NCBI GenBank assembly: GCA_004556925.1
Contig: SFFI01000013.1
Span: 11,563-75,562, forward strand
DNA length: 64,000 nt
Direction of reading: 5' to 3'
Source of the DNA: Clostridiales bacterium
Lineage (GTDB): Bacteria > Bacillota > Clostridia > Saccharofermentanales > DTU023
Below the pieces are notes generated by a model. That model did not search any database and had not been told where the DNA came from. It was given only the letters and a program-made list of their open reading frames with translations. Of the stretch, positions 1 to 11,151 are shown one piece after another (the stretch's first letter is position 1; every line of letters begins with the position of its first letter). The translations under genes and the position numbers were made by a program.

Positions 1-2522
1 TCAGGATCCTGTGTTTGAACCTTGAGGGAGTTGCCCGTGTAAGACACCAGTTCACTTTTTCGATCGTGCAAAGCGCTCATACCTTGATCAAAAAGCGCTT
101 TATCCAGGCGGACCACATGGAAATTAAGATCACCGCTACCATCGAGGCTATCCCCCCCGGTCAAGTCAAACTGCAGTTTTAACTCAGCACCTTCCTCTAA
201 ATAACCAAGTTCGCCAAAACCTTGCGACTTATGGCCAACGCGTTTAATGGGTTTGTCAGGTTCTATGAGATTGATTTCCCGTAGGCTCAAGCTAGAGAGC
301 TTCCAGTCCACATAGTAATACCCTGTTTCTTCTATCCTAAAGGGCTGGGTAAACGAAGCGCTATAAGCGCCGTTGCGGGTAACGTGGACGGCTCCGTTCT
401 GGTTAGTAGCGCTCAGGCCTTCGGTAGAAAAGGCATTATCCTCAAAGCTTAGGGGAATAAATAAGGCCTGTCCCTCTTGCCCACTGAGGTGGCTAAACAT
501 GCGTGACTGATACTGGAAGGCGTTTGTGACCTCCCCACTAAGGTTTGTATCTTCTGCTTTTTTTTGGCCCAGCACTTGCGTAAGTTTTAGTTGAGAGGCA
601 TCGGCTAAGAAGGCCACCGGCAAGGCTTGGTCATTCTCCCAAACTTGGATGGGCCCATCCTCAAAGACCTTCTTATACAGGCCATCCTGGATCTGATTGT
701 TGTCGCGATGAACGACATAGCGTAAGCCTAAGAGAGAATCCAACACAGGCGTTCCACCAGCATATTGGTAACTATTAATACCATTGTTTGCATACCCTAA
801 TTTAGACATATACTTAACAGGGTCATGCGGAACAGTAGAAGAAAAAATAGTCACCCCATTGGACCGGTAGAGCATGGCATCATTAACACACTTATCCGGC
901 TTAATTTCCATACGTACCAGCTGATTAGGGTCTTCATTCTGGAATTTGGCCAGGGCAGAACGCAGTTTTTCCACCTCTTCTCCCTGGCTGTAACCTTCTC
1001 TGATGCCGAAATACTCGGCACTCTCAAACTTATCAATAGAAACAAAAGCATTAAGCATAAGTTCAAACAAAATCAAAGTTAAGAGCAGGTAGGAAACTGT
1101 CTGTAGCTGCTTGCGCTTGGCTTGAGGACTACGCATCCTTGCCCCAAAGTGAGGGCGGGAGGTCCTTATGGTAAAACGAGCAAAAAGAAAACCATAGAGG
1201 AGTAGGAAAGCAATTCCAACATATACCGATAACTTCGCAAAGCTTCCTTCATCTATTTTGTTCAAGAGCAAATAGAGTAAAGTGTAGAGCCCCGTCACTC
1301 TCATGATGAATTCAGCAGATAAGTCCCGGAGCTGGGGTAAGGCATCGTAAGCCAAGAACAAGAGGTAAAAAACCAGGACAAAAGAGTTGCGATAGGGCAG
1401 CTGGTTGGGGAAATGCAGGCCATGCCAAATAAAGTTCAAGACATTATTATTGAGACTGGCAAAGAGAAAAAGGAGAAGGGTAAAACTGACGGCTTTTTGC
1501 TGCCACCGTATGCGCCTGGACTTAACCAGCACAAAAAGCAGGAGCAAAACAAAACTACCGCAAAAGATATTAGCCATACCGGACCGCACAGAAACGCTAG
1601 AAAGCGGAATCAGGCGGGAGAGGAAGTCCAGGTCAGCAAACTTCATACTGTAGTCGGAGGGGAAGCTGTCCCCCACAGCAGAGGTCAGCCCCATCGCTTT
1701 AAGGGTGGGATATAAAGTTATAGCGCTCAGGGCTAAACCAAATATGGTGGCTATCCCCACCCGGGCAAAGACTAAAAGCTTTGCCTTGCTACTTGCTAAA
1801 TTTTCCCGAGAAAGTAAAACAAAAAAGAAAAAGAAAGTAAAAGCGCAAGCAAAAAAGCCTGTATAAAAGTTACTGATCAGGGTTAAACCCAGAATCAGAA
1901 TATAGGGGGTATAAAGCTGATTACGGATGAGTTTGGTTAGGCTCCAGGCTAGAAGTGGCAGGCAATAGAGGGTATCCAGCCACATGATATTAAAAAAGTA
2001 AGCCATGGTATAGCCACTTAAAGCATAGGCCACCGCAAATCCCAGGCACAGGGGACCATCACGATGGTAGTAATCCCGCAGGAAAAAGTGAAAGCTAGCG
2101 CCCGCAAGGCCAATCTTTAAGAGGACTAAAATCAAGACCAACTCGGAAAGCAGCTGGTCGGGAAAAATCAAGGCAAGAAAGTTTAAGGGTGAAGCGAGAT
2201 AATAGGCATAAAGCGCGTAGAAATTCACGCCTAAGCCGCCAGACCAGGTGAAAAACCAGGAGTCACCGCTGAGAAGCTTTTGGCGGAAGTCACTCAGAAA
2301 AGGGGCGTACTGGTGGAAAAGATCAACTGTAAGAATATGGTGATTGCCAAAGGGAAAAACGCCCTGAATACCAAAGGCAAAGAACATCACCACAAGGGGA
2401 ATAAAGAAAGCTAACAAAGTTCTTTGCCGAGAATACTTACGGCTGACTGCCGCCAAGTCCTGAGAAGCGTGTTGTCTAGAAACAGTAGGGTATGTGGACG
2501 AAGCCATACTTGTATCTTGCAT
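1..2522 (-). CDS. YfhO-family polytopic membrane protein (glycosyltransferase-like); the C-terminal end runs off the left window edge
   Basis: My own translation from the ATG at 2522 (AAGGAAG Shine-Dalgarno 7 nt upstream) gives MQDTSMASS...FPFGNHHILTVDLFHQYAPFLSDFRQKL...GGLGVNFYALYAYYLASPLNFL, the typical YfhO N-terminus. I translated the first ~230 codons without a stop; the rest is inferred open to position 1 because the track reports no complete long minus ORF here. It is missing from the ORF track because it has no stop in the window. Confidence 0.75.
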   Translation of the reverse strand, partial: MQDTSMASSTYPTVSRQHASQDLAAVSRKYSRQRTLLAFFIPLVVMFFAFGIQGVFPFGNHHILTVDLFHQYAPFLSDFRQKLLSGDSWFFTWSGGLGVNFYALYAYYLASPLNFLALIFPDQLLSELVLILVLLKIGLAGASFHFFLRDYYHRDGPLCLGFAVAYALSGYTMAYFFNIMWLDTLYCLPLLAWSLTKLIRNQLYTPYILILGLTLISNFYTGFFACAFTFFFFFVLLSRENLASSKAKLLVFARVGIATIFGLALSAITLYPTLKAMGLTSAVGDSFPSDYSMKFADLDFLSRLIPLSSVSVRSGMANIFCGSFVLLLLFVLVKSRRIRWQQKAVSFTLLLFLFASLNNNVLNFIWHGLHFPNQLPYRNSFVLVFYLLFLAYDALPQLRDLSAEFIMRVTGLYTLLYLLLNKIDEGSFAKLSVYVGIAFLLLYGFLFARFTIRTSRPHFGARMRSPQAKRKQLQTVSYLLLTLILFELMLNAFVSIDKFESAEYFGIREGYSQGEEVEKLRSALAKFQNEDPNQLVRMEIKPDKCVNDAMLYRSNGVTIFSSTVPHDPVKYMSKLGYANNGINSYQYAGGTPVLDSLLGLRYVVHRDNNQIQDGLYKKVFEDGPIQVWENDQALPVAFLADASQLKLTQVLGQKKAEDTNLSGEVTNAFQYQSRMFSHLSGQEGQALFIPLSFEDNAFSTEGLSATNQNGAVHVTRNGAYSASFTQPFRIEETGYYYVDWKLSSLSLREINLIEPDKPIKRVGHKSQGFGELGYLEEGAELKLQFDLTGGDSLDGSGDLNFHVVRLDKALFDQGMSALHDRKSELVSYTGNSLKVQTQDP

Positions 2523-2546
2523 ACTATCTTCCTTAAAAAAGTTATT

Positions 2547-2892
2547 CCGAGAAAACCTGTAAGCCGGGTTCTGTCAGGGGCAATCATCTATCTAGGCCGG
2601 GGCTCTCACCCCAGCTCCAGCCACCTCCTTGAGACCTGCGGACCACAGTATATGTCTCGCCACGGTGTTGCTCCAGGTGGGGTTTGCAGGGCCAAGCTGT
2701 CTCCAGCTTGCCGGTGAGCTCTTACCTCGCCATTTCACCCTTACCAGGTTTAGCACCTGGCGGTATCTTTCTGTTGCACTTTCCTTAAAGTTGCCTTCAC
2801 CGGGAGTTACCCGGCACCCTTGTCCTATGGAGCCCGGACTTTCCTCACGGCCCAGCTTTCGCTAGGGCCCCGCGATTGCCCAGTTAACTCGG
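2547..2892 (-). ncRNA. rnpB: RNase P RNA, bacterial type A
   Basis: The reverse complement contains GAGGAAAGTCCGGGCTCCATAGG, GGTAAGGGTGAAA, GGTAAGAGC.CACC and the 3' ACAGAACCCGGCTTA. The P1 ends pair (CCGAG...CTCGG). Ends are good to about +/-10 nt. Confidence 0.9.
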
Positions 2893-2902
2893 AATGAGAC
2901 TA

Positions 2903-3625
2903 TTATAAGATAAGCGGTGGAAGGAGGTCTAGGATTTGTTGGTAAACCGTATTGTAGGCCGGATCCCGGAGCCGCCTCTTCGCATAAACCCGGGCTAAAT
3001 AAGAGAGCCAAGCGTGCAGAAGGGCGGGCTCATGAGCCAGGTAATCTTGATAAATAGGGCTATCCGCCAACCAGGCTTCGCCAATTGCTGCAGCAGCCAG
3101 GCTCAATTCCCGGACCTCCCCTCCCCTTATGAGTTTAAAAATACTGTAGGTCCGGCCACGGTCTTGTACCAAGCTTTCCTGGATAAGGAAAGCTTGGCTA
3201 GCCAAGTAGCGCCGCAAGACTTCACGATTCCAGGTGGGCTGTAGGCAAATGGTCAGCTCTTGCCCCAGATCAATACTCTGAAGAATAGACCGAATTTGGT
3301 AGGCCCCCATGCCGGCAATCACCACCGTGTCGCCGGGGCTGGGTACCAGCCCTGCAAAGCCATCCCCTAAAATGAGCGTAACCTGATCCGGCCCCAAGCC
3401 GTAGGCTTGAGCAAGTTTTTTTGCTTCAGCCAAGGGCTTTGCTTTAATATCCGTAAGAATGGCTTTGTGGCAAGATCCTGTAAGATACATATTAATACCT
3501 AAAAAGCCATGGTCACAGCCAATATCCCAAAACTGGTCACAGGGACTAATCAAATCCTTAATATGCTGGAGCCTCGGCATCAACTTGGGTGGCTGGGTCA
3601 AGTGCTCACTCCTCTTGCATCTCAT
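2903..3625 (-). CDS. trmK: tRNA (adenine22-N1)-methyltransferase TrmK-like SAM methyltransferase
   Basis: Contains the DIGCDHGFLG motif and VIAGMGAYQI, and sits directly downstream of sigA as in Bacillus. The true start may be the internal Met at 3577. Confidence 0.75.
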   Translation of the reverse strand: MRCKRSEHLTQPPKLMPRLQHIKDLISPCDQFWDIGCDHGFLGINMYLTGSCHKAILTDIKAKPLAEAKKLAQAYGLGPDQVTLILGDGFAGLVPSPGDTVVIAGMGAYQIRSILQSIDLGQELTICLQPTWNREVLRRYLASQAFLIQESLVQDRGRTYSIFKLIRGGEVRELSLAAAAIGEAWLADSPIYQDYLAHEPALLHAWLSYLARVYAKRRLRDPAYNTVYQQILDLLPPLIL

Positions 3626-3631
3626 CCCGGC

Positions 3632-4975
3632 CTAGTCAAGATAATCCTTAAGCTTACGGCTACGGTTAGGGTGACGCAATTTCCGTAAAGCCTTGGCCTC
3701 TATTTGACGGATGCGCTCACGTGTCACATTAAACTCCCGGCCCACTTCCTCCAAGGTGCGGGTGCGTCCATCTTCTAGGCCAAAGCGCAGTTTCAGAACC
3801 TCTTCTTCTCTTGGGGTGAGTTCTTTTAAGACCTCGAAAAGCTGTTCGCGCAAGAGGGTATAAGAAGCTTGTTCCGCAGGAGATTGAGCATCCTCATCTT
3901 CAATAAAATCCCCCAATTGGCTGTCTTCCTCCTCACCAATAGGCTTTTCTAGAGAGACCGGGATCTGGGAAATCTTTTGGATTTCCCGCACGCGGTCAAC
4001 CGTTATACCCATGCGTTCTGCTATCTCTTCGGGTTCAGGCTCCCGCCCCAATTCTTGCAAGAGTTGTCTTTGGTGGCGGACCAGCTTATTAATAGTTTCA
4101 ACCATATGGACTGGGATCCGAATGGTCCGCGCCTGGTCTGCGATTGACCGGGTGATGGCTTGGCGAATCCACCAGGTAGCATAGGTGGAAAACTTAAAGC
4201 CCTTATGGTAGTCAAATTTATCAACTGCCTTAATCAAACCCAGGTTACCCTCTTGAATTAAGTCCAGAAATTGCAGCCCCCTACCCGTATAGCGTTTAGC
4301 GATAGAGACGACCAAGCGTAAGTTGGCCTCTGTTAAATGCTGCTTGGCCTCCTCATCACCCGCAGACATTCGGGCGGCCAGCTCGCGTTCCTCCTCCGCA
4401 GTTAAGAGATCGACCTTACCAATTTCTTTCAGATACATCCGTACCGGGTCATCAACCATAATGATGTCATCTACGGTCTGCCTCTTGGGCAGGTCGCCAG
4501 TGCTGTCGTCATCTTCTAAAACCGTAATGCCGGACTTTTCCAGGCCGTCAATCACATCATCCAAAAGCTCCTCATCCAAATTGAGGTCTTCAAAATAGTC
4601 TAAAACTTCCTGCTGAGCAATTTGTTTGTTGTGCTTTTTGGCCCGAGAAACTAACACATCCATGACCTGCTTAGCCGAGGCTTTATTAGCAGTTTGGTCC
4701 TCTAGGCTGAGTAATTCGTCATCGTCATCCTCTTCTTTGGCTTCATCCAAGGAAGAGTCTAGGCCCTTGAACTCATCGCGATTACGTTTAGGTCTTTTCT
4801 TAACAGGGGGAATATAAATATCCACACCTGCCATATTCACTTTTTCTCTTATTTGATCATCTGCGTCGTCCTTGACCGCTTTGTTCTCTACGGCAAGGGC
4901 AGATTCTGCTGCTGGATCCAGCTTATTAACCTGTTGGTCTGGGTCGGATTTCTTATTGGTCATGCTGTACCTCAT
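3632..4975 (-). CDS. sigA: Primary RNA polymerase sigma factor (sigma-70 family)
   Basis: Regions 1.2 to 4 are recognisable ([53 protein letters not shown]). It has an acidic N-terminal extension and overlaps the dnaG stop. Confidence 0.95.
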   Translation of the reverse strand: MRYSMTNKKSDPDQQVNKLDPAAESALAVENKAVKDDADDQIREKVNMAGVDIYIPPVKKRPKRNRDEFKGLDSSLDEAKEEDDDDELLSLEDQTANKASAKQVMDVLVSRAKKHNKQIAQQEVLDYFEDLNLDEELLDDVIDGLEKSGITVLEDDDSTGDLPKRQTVDDIIMVDDPVRMYLKEIGKVDLLTAEEERELAARMSAGDEEAKQHLTEANLRLVVSIAKRYTGRGLQFLDLIQEGNLGLIKAVDKFDYHKGFKFSTYATWWIRQAITRSIADQARTIRIPVHMVETINKLVRHQRQLLQELGREPEPEEIAERMGITVDRVREIQKISQIPVSLEKPIGEEEDSQLGDFIEDEDAQSPAEQASYTLLREQLFEVLKELTPREEEVLKLRFGLEDGRTRTLEEVGREFNVTRERIRQIEAKALRKLRHPNRSRKLKDYLD

Positions 4976-6761
4976 TTCTTAATTTGCTCAGTGCTAGGTT
5001 AAGGTCATTTAATCGATTTAAGGCCGCTTGTTGGCTGGCTAGGTCATCTGCTCTTTCAATCTCTTGAATGGCCGCCTCTCTTTGTTCATTCAGGCGGTCA
5101 AGCCTTAAGAGGCGCAAGGCCTCCAGGGCATAGTCTTCTCTAGCGCGTAGTTTTGATTTGGTCAGGCGAGAAAAATAAGGCAAAATACTGCGCGAGAGAT
5201 TTTCACCCGCGCCTGCCTGGTCTAAGAGGCCCAAAAACTCTGGCATGGTCAGCTTGCCCTCTTCTGCCAAGGCTAAGGCCTTGACCATTACCTCCTGCAT
5301 ACCCGATGGGAAATCCTGGGGCGCAGCCTGAAGTTCCGGCTTACTGATCAGACTATTATCTTCTATCAAGGCATTCAAATAGGTCAAACTGGCTTGATCA
5401 AATTCGAAATCTACCCGCTGCAAATTTGTTTCAGGATTAAAGCTAGGGCTAGGCATGGAGCTTGCTTCCTTAACCCGTTTCTTATCGATAACCTGCAGAA
5501 TACTGGCTGGAGAAACCGAAATTTCCCGAGCCAATTTATCTGCATAAAGCTCACGCACCACAGGGCTTGACTCTTGAGCCAGAAGATCTGTTATCGCTTC
5601 CTGATAAGCAAGAATATCTAAACTGCCCAGGTCAGTCGAGGCTGCTTGTCTGGACAAATAGATACGGTAGTCTAAGGCAGGAAGGGCCTGGTTCAATAAG
5701 CCTTGGAAGCGCTCCTTGCCATTTGCATGGATAAATTCATCAGGGTCTTGGCCATTGGGCATAACCAGAACCCTACAATCCACCTGCTCTCTGGAAAGCA
5801 AGTCCAGGGCTTTGAGGGCAGCATTGCGGCCAGCGCCATCCGCATCATAAGCAAGAATTACCTGCCTGGTGTATTGGCTTAATAGCCTAGCTTGACTAGA
5901 AGTGAGCGCCGTACCCAGGCCAGCGACCGCGTTGGTAAAGCCCGCTTCGTGTAGGGCAATAGTATCCATATAGCCTTCTGTGAGAATCAGAAAGTCACGG
6001 CTATCCTTTCGCGCAAAGTTCAGGGCGTATAGATACTTCCCCTTATTATAAATGCGGGAATCAGGAGAATTAATATATTTAGCTTCTCCCTGGCCCATGA
6101 TGCGACCGCCGAAGGCACGTAAACGTCCAAGGTGGTCAAAGACCGGAAAAATGACACGATCTCGAAAGAAGTCATAATAAGTCCCCTTACTTGACTTGCG
6201 GGTCAAGCCCAAATCCAGCAAGATTTTTTCCGGATAAGTCTTCAGTAAGTTTGAGGTCAGCGCATCCCAAGAATCGGGCGCATAGCCAATGCCGAAGCTG
6301 GTCAGGATGGCAGGGCTTAACCTGCGTTTGACCTGCATGTAGTTTTCAGCGGTTCTGCCTTGGGGCGACTTGTAACTATGGTAGAAAAAACGGGCGGCAT
6401 CGAGAAGGCAGGCCTGCATTTGTTTGTATTCTGCCTGTTTTTTACGCGCCTCTGGTGCATCATCTAGCTGAAGTTCAATCCCCACACGTTTGGCAAGAAA
6501 GGCTACCGCATCAGGAAAGCTAAGATTTTCTATCATTTGGATAAACTTAATAACATTGCCACCCGCGTGGCAACCAAAGCAATAGAAAAACTGCTTGCTG
6601 GTATTGACGGAGAAAGAGGGCGTTTTTTCACCATGAAAGGGGCAAAGGCCAAAAAGATTTTGTCCTCCTTTGCGTTCCAAGCGGACATAATCCCCTACCA
6701 CCGCCTCAATACTGTTGCGGGCAATAACTTCATCAATAATATTTTGGGGAATAAAAGCCAA
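4953..6761 (-). CDS. dnaG: DNA primase
   Basis: Zinc-ribbon [11 protein letters not shown]...CFGCHAGG, a TOPRIM EGYMD motif, and the dnaG-sigA gene order. Confidence 0.95.
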   Translation of the reverse strand: MAFIPQNIIDEVIARNSIEAVVGDYVRLERKGGQNLFGLCPFHGEKTPSFSVNTSKQFFYCFGCHAGGNVIKFIQMIENLSFPDAVAFLAKRVGIELQLDDAPEARKKQAEYKQMQACLLDAARFFYHSYKSPQGRTAENYMQVKRRLSPAILTSFGIGYAPDSWDALTSNLLKTYPEKILLDLGLTRKSSKGTYYDFFRDRVIFPVFDHLGRLRAFGGRIMGQGEAKYINSPDSRIYNKGKYLYALNFARKDSRDFLILTEGYMDTIALHEAGFTNAVAGLGTALTSSQARLLSQYTRQVILAYDADGAGRNAALKALDLLSREQVDCRVLVMPNGQDPDEFIHANGKERFQGLLNQALPALDYRIYLSRQAASTDLGSLDILAYQEAITDLLAQESSPVVRELYADKLAREISVSPASILQVIDKKRVKEASSMPSPSFNPETNLQRVDFEFDQASLTYLNALIEDNSLISKPELQAAPQDFPSGMQEVMVKALALAEEGKLTMPEFLGLLDQAGAGENLSRSILPYFSRLTKSKLRAREDYALEALRLLRLDRLNEQREAAIQEIERADDLASQQAALNRLNDLNLALSKLRNEVQHDQ

Positions 6762-6894
6762 TCCCAGTTATCCTTCTTTCCGTACTACACTCTATACTAC
6801 GTAAACTTTTCCGCAATCCCCCTAAAAGAAAACTGCCTCAGATCCTAGAATCCAAGGCAGCTGCAGAAAGCTCATTAAAGAAGAAATCTGCAAA

Positions 6895-7341
6895 TTAATC
6901 TTCTTGATCGTCCTTGCCTTTTAACTTGTCCATAAAGGAGTGTTTCTTAGGCTTATCATCTGCCGCCTTAGCCTTCGCCTCAGCTTCTACTTTACGCTGT
7001 TGGGCTTCTGCCTTGGCAGCTGGACTCATCACATGCGCGATAGCAGACTTTTTGAAGGTCATGAGGGTATTCTGCACACTGGTAGAAACCGTGACTTCAT
7101 CATCTTGTATGTTAAAGATACGACCTGTAATACCGCCAATGGTGACGACCTCATCCCCCACCTGCATGGCATTGATTTGCTTCCGCAGTTCTTCATCCTT
7201 CTTCTTTTGTGGACGAATGGTAATAAAGTACATCAAGGCGAAGACAATGATCAGGGGTAAAAACATGCCTAGCATGCTGCCACCAGGTGCGGCTTCAGTG
7301 CCTCCGGCTTGTTCTAAGACCATAAACTGTAATAATGTCAT
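6895..7341 (-). CDS. yajC: Preprotein translocase subunit YajC with an Ala/Lys/Glu-rich C-terminal tail
   Basis: FLPLIIVFALMYFITIRPQKKK...GDEVVTIGGITGRI matches the YajC core, and it lies next to tgt/queA. Confidence 0.85.
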   Translation of the reverse strand: MTLLQFMVLEQAGGTEAAPGGSMLGMFLPLIIVFALMYFITIRPQKKKDEELRKQINAMQVGDEVVTIGGITGRIFNIQDDEVTVSTSVQNTLMTFKKSAIAHVMSPAAKAEAQQRKVEAEAKAKAADDKPKKHSFMDKLKGKDDQED

Positions 7342-7498
7342 GAGTTTCTCCTCAACTATCTATTCGCTTACCTATTTACGAGAAAGTCTGAGCCGGGCAC
7401 GCATTTAAGGCCCAAGACTAACTTCCATCAGCTTTACGATGATAACACTTGTCGGCCTGCTTCAGCAATAGCCGGCCAGCAGAGCCTTGATCTAGGAC

Positions 7499-8641
<1,143 letters not shown>

Positions 8642-9715
8642 TTAAGAGAGTTCGGGCAAAATCAGCATACAGTCGCCCAAGCTATAAAAACGATAGCGTT
8701 CTTGTACGGCCTCCTGGTAAGCAGCCAGCATGGCCTCTCGACCATAGAAGGCGGAAACCAGCATCAGCAGGCTAGACTCGGGTAGGTGAAAATTCGTGAG
8801 CAGCCCATCCATGATCTTAAACTGGTAACCAGGATAAATGTAAAGGTCCGTCTCCCCTACGGCTGGCTTGATCAAGCCAGTTTGCGGATCCGCTAAACTT
8901 TCCACCGTCCGGCAAGAGGTAGTCCCCACACAAATAATCCGCCCACCCGCTTTTTTCCGAGTGTTGATGAGGTCAGCAGTTTCTGTGCTCACTTCATAAA
9001 CTTCGGAGTGCATCTGATGGTCTAAAATATGGTCTTCCTTCACCGGACGGAAGGTTCCGATACCCACGTGCAGGTAAACGCCTGCAATGGCTGTGCCCTT
9101 GGCTTGTATGGCAGCCAAAAGGTCCTGGGTAAAATGCAAGCCAGCTGTTGGCGCCGCCACTGACCCATCCCGGTTTGCGTAAACGGTTTGATAGCGGTCA
9201 GGATCTTCGAGCTTGTGGTGGATATAAGGCGGTAAGGGCATTTCTCCCAGTTGAGAAAGCACTTCTTCCCAAATTCCTTCGTACGCGAAGGTTAAAAGGC
9301 GGGAACCATCTTCCTCAATGCCTACGACCTCTGCTTCCAGCAAATCTGGGGCAAAAACGATAGTGTGTCCCAGCTTAAGCTTGCGGCCCGGTTTGGCCAA
9401 ACACCGCCAGGTTTTTTCTGCCAACTGGCGGATTAAGAGGACCTCAATGAGAGTTTCCTGGCCAGGAACCTTCCCATGGAGGCGGGCGGGAATGACACGC
9501 GACTTATTGATGACCAGGCAATCTTCTGGCTTCAGATAATCCATGATGTCCCAGATATGCTGGTGGATAGGCATGTGATGGTCTTGAAGAACCATCATGC
9601 GAGATTGATCACGCTTTTCCAGAGGATCTTGCGCAATCAAGTCCTCCGGCAGGTCGTAATCATAGGCCTGGAGAAGGAGGTCTTTGGGGGTCGTTACTAA
9701 AGCTTTAGGTGGCAT
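8642..9715 (-). CDS. queA: S-adenosylmethionine:tRNA ribosyltransferase-isomerase
   Basis: DYDLPEDLIAQDPL, PLPPYI, VAAPTAGLHFT and TNFHLPESSLLMLVSAF. Confidence 0.95.
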   Translation of the reverse strand: MPPKALVTTPKDLLLQAYDYDLPEDLIAQDPLEKRDQSRMMVLQDHHMPIHQHIWDIMDYLKPEDCLVINKSRVIPARLHGKVPGQETLIEVLLIRQLAEKTWRCLAKPGRKLKLGHTIVFAPDLLEAEVVGIEEDGSRLLTFAYEGIWEEVLSQLGEMPLPPYIHHKLEDPDRYQTVYANRDGSVAAPTAGLHFTQDLLAAIQAKGTAIAGVYLHVGIGTFRPVKEDHILDHQMHSEVYEVSTETADLINTRKKAGGRIICVGTTSCRTVESLADPQTGLIKPAVGETDLYIYPGYQFKIMDGLLTNFHLPESSLLMLVSAFYGREAMLAAYQEAVQERYRFYSLGDCMLILPELS

Positions 9716-9750
9716 CTATTATCACTTCTTCTATCTATTTTCTGTATGCA

Positions 9751-11130
9751 TTATAGTCCATGTGCTTCCACGAGTGCTTGAATCGCCTCATCACTAAATC
9801 CCAAGTGCTCTAAGGAGCGAAGGCTGTAATAGCTTCTGCGCAAGGCCCGGCCCCGGCCCTTCAGCTTATATTTTTTGCGAAAATATTTCATTTCCGAACC
9901 CTCTAAGCCTCGCAAGAGCGAAAAGTTCGCCTTCATGGGTTGAAAGTTTTTGCTCTCAGCCTGCGAGACATAGGCGGCGAGGCCCCCTAAAATAGTCTCT
10001 CTTCCGGCAAGTTTGAGAATTTCTGTCTCCTGCCCCAGATCCTGGGCTAAGGCCAGAGCCGCAACCAGGCCAGATGCAGTCGACTCTAGATAACCTTCTA
10101 CCCCCGTCATTTGTCCTGCAAAAAACCGTTGAGGCAGGGTCTTACTGCGGTAGAAGTCTGTGAGCAGACTAGGAGAATTGAGAAAGGAATTGCGGTGCAT
10201 GACCCCATACCTAGCAAATCTAGCCTGGCCAAGTCCCGGAATCAAGTGGAAGACCCGGTCCTGCTCAGGAAACTTTAAGCGTGTTTGAAAACCCACCATA
10301 TTCCAAAGGTCCTGCGCAAAGTTATCCTGGCGAAGCTGAACAACCGCATACGCTTCTTGCCCTGTGCGGGGGTCGGCCAAACCTACCGGCTTCAGCGGAC
10401 CAAAGCGCAGCGTATCATAGCCGTCCCGCGCTAATTCTTCAACGGGCTTGCAACCTTCAAAAAGAAGGCTCCGTTCAAAACCAGAAAGTTCAGCCCGGTC
10501 TGCTTCGACCAGGGCTTCATAAAAAGCTCGGTACTGGCTTTCATCTAAGGGGCAGTTCAGATAGTCCCCTCCGTCTTCTTCGTACCGGTTGCCCCTATAC
10601 GCAACCTCCAAATCAATAGAGTCATACTCAACAAGCGGAGCTGCCGCGTCGAAGAAGTACAGATTGTCCTGACCTGTAAAGTCCTGGATAGATTCAAAGA
10701 GACCGCCAGCGGTCAGGGGGCCGGTGGCAATAATCTGGTAGCCTTGCTTTAAGTCCTCTAAACGATGTACTTGGGCTTGCACAAGATTTATGAGGGGCTC
10801 TGCCTGGAGTTTCTCCGTAATATACCGGGGAAAGGCTTCGCGGTCGACAGCCAGGGCATTTCCAGCTGGTAGCCGGCAGGCCAGTGCGGCCTCCATGATA
10901 AGAGAAGAAAAATGTTGTAGCTCCAGCTTCAACAAGCCGCTGGCCGTGGTCAGTTTTTCGGACCGCAACGAATTGGAACAGACAAGCTCGCCAAAAAAAC
11001 TTTGTTCATGTGCAGGCCCTAGGGTCTCCGGCTTCATATCAATCAGGTCTACCGCAAACCCATGCCGAGCTAGCTGCCAGGCAGCTTCCGACCCTGCAAG
11101 GCCCGCTCCTAAGACACAAATATCTGCCAT
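9751..11130 (-). CDS. trmFO: Methylenetetrahydrofolate-tRNA-(uracil54-C5)-methyltransferase
   Basis: N-terminal GAGLAGSEAAW FAD fold, FFAGQMTGVEGYLESTASG, and placement between topA and queA. Confidence 0.9.
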   Translation of the reverse strand: MADICVLGAGLAGSEAAWQLARHGFAVDLIDMKPETLGPAHEQSFFGELVCSNSLRSEKLTTASGLLKLELQHFSSLIMEAALACRLPAGNALAVDREAFPRYITEKLQAEPLINLVQAQVHRLEDLKQGYQIIATGPLTAGGLFESIQDFTGQDNLYFFDAAAPLVEYDSIDLEVAYRGNRYEEDGGDYLNCPLDESQYRAFYEALVEADRAELSGFERSLLFEGCKPVEELARDGYDTLRFGPLKPVGLADPRTGQEAYAVVQLRQDNFAQDLWNMVGFQTRLKFPEQDRVFHLIPGLGQARFARYGVMHRNSFLNSPSLLTDFYRSKTLPQRFFAGQMTGVEGYLESTASGLVAALALAQDLGQETEILKLAGRETILGGLAAYVSQAESKNFQPMKANFSLLRGLEGSEMKYFRKKYKLKGRGRALRRSYYSLRSLEHLGFSDEAIQALVEAHGL

Positions 11131-11151
11131 CTTACTCCCTTATGTATTTGC

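Noticed and set aside
825-1715. Short ORFs (825-1082 +, 851-1066 -, 1405-1653 +, 1413-1715 +) and the 2424-2865 plus-strand ORFs.
   Set aside because: The first set lies inside the YfhO-family gene, which the track omits because it lacks a stop in the window. The 2424-2865 ORFs overlap the yfhO start and the RNase P RNA gene.
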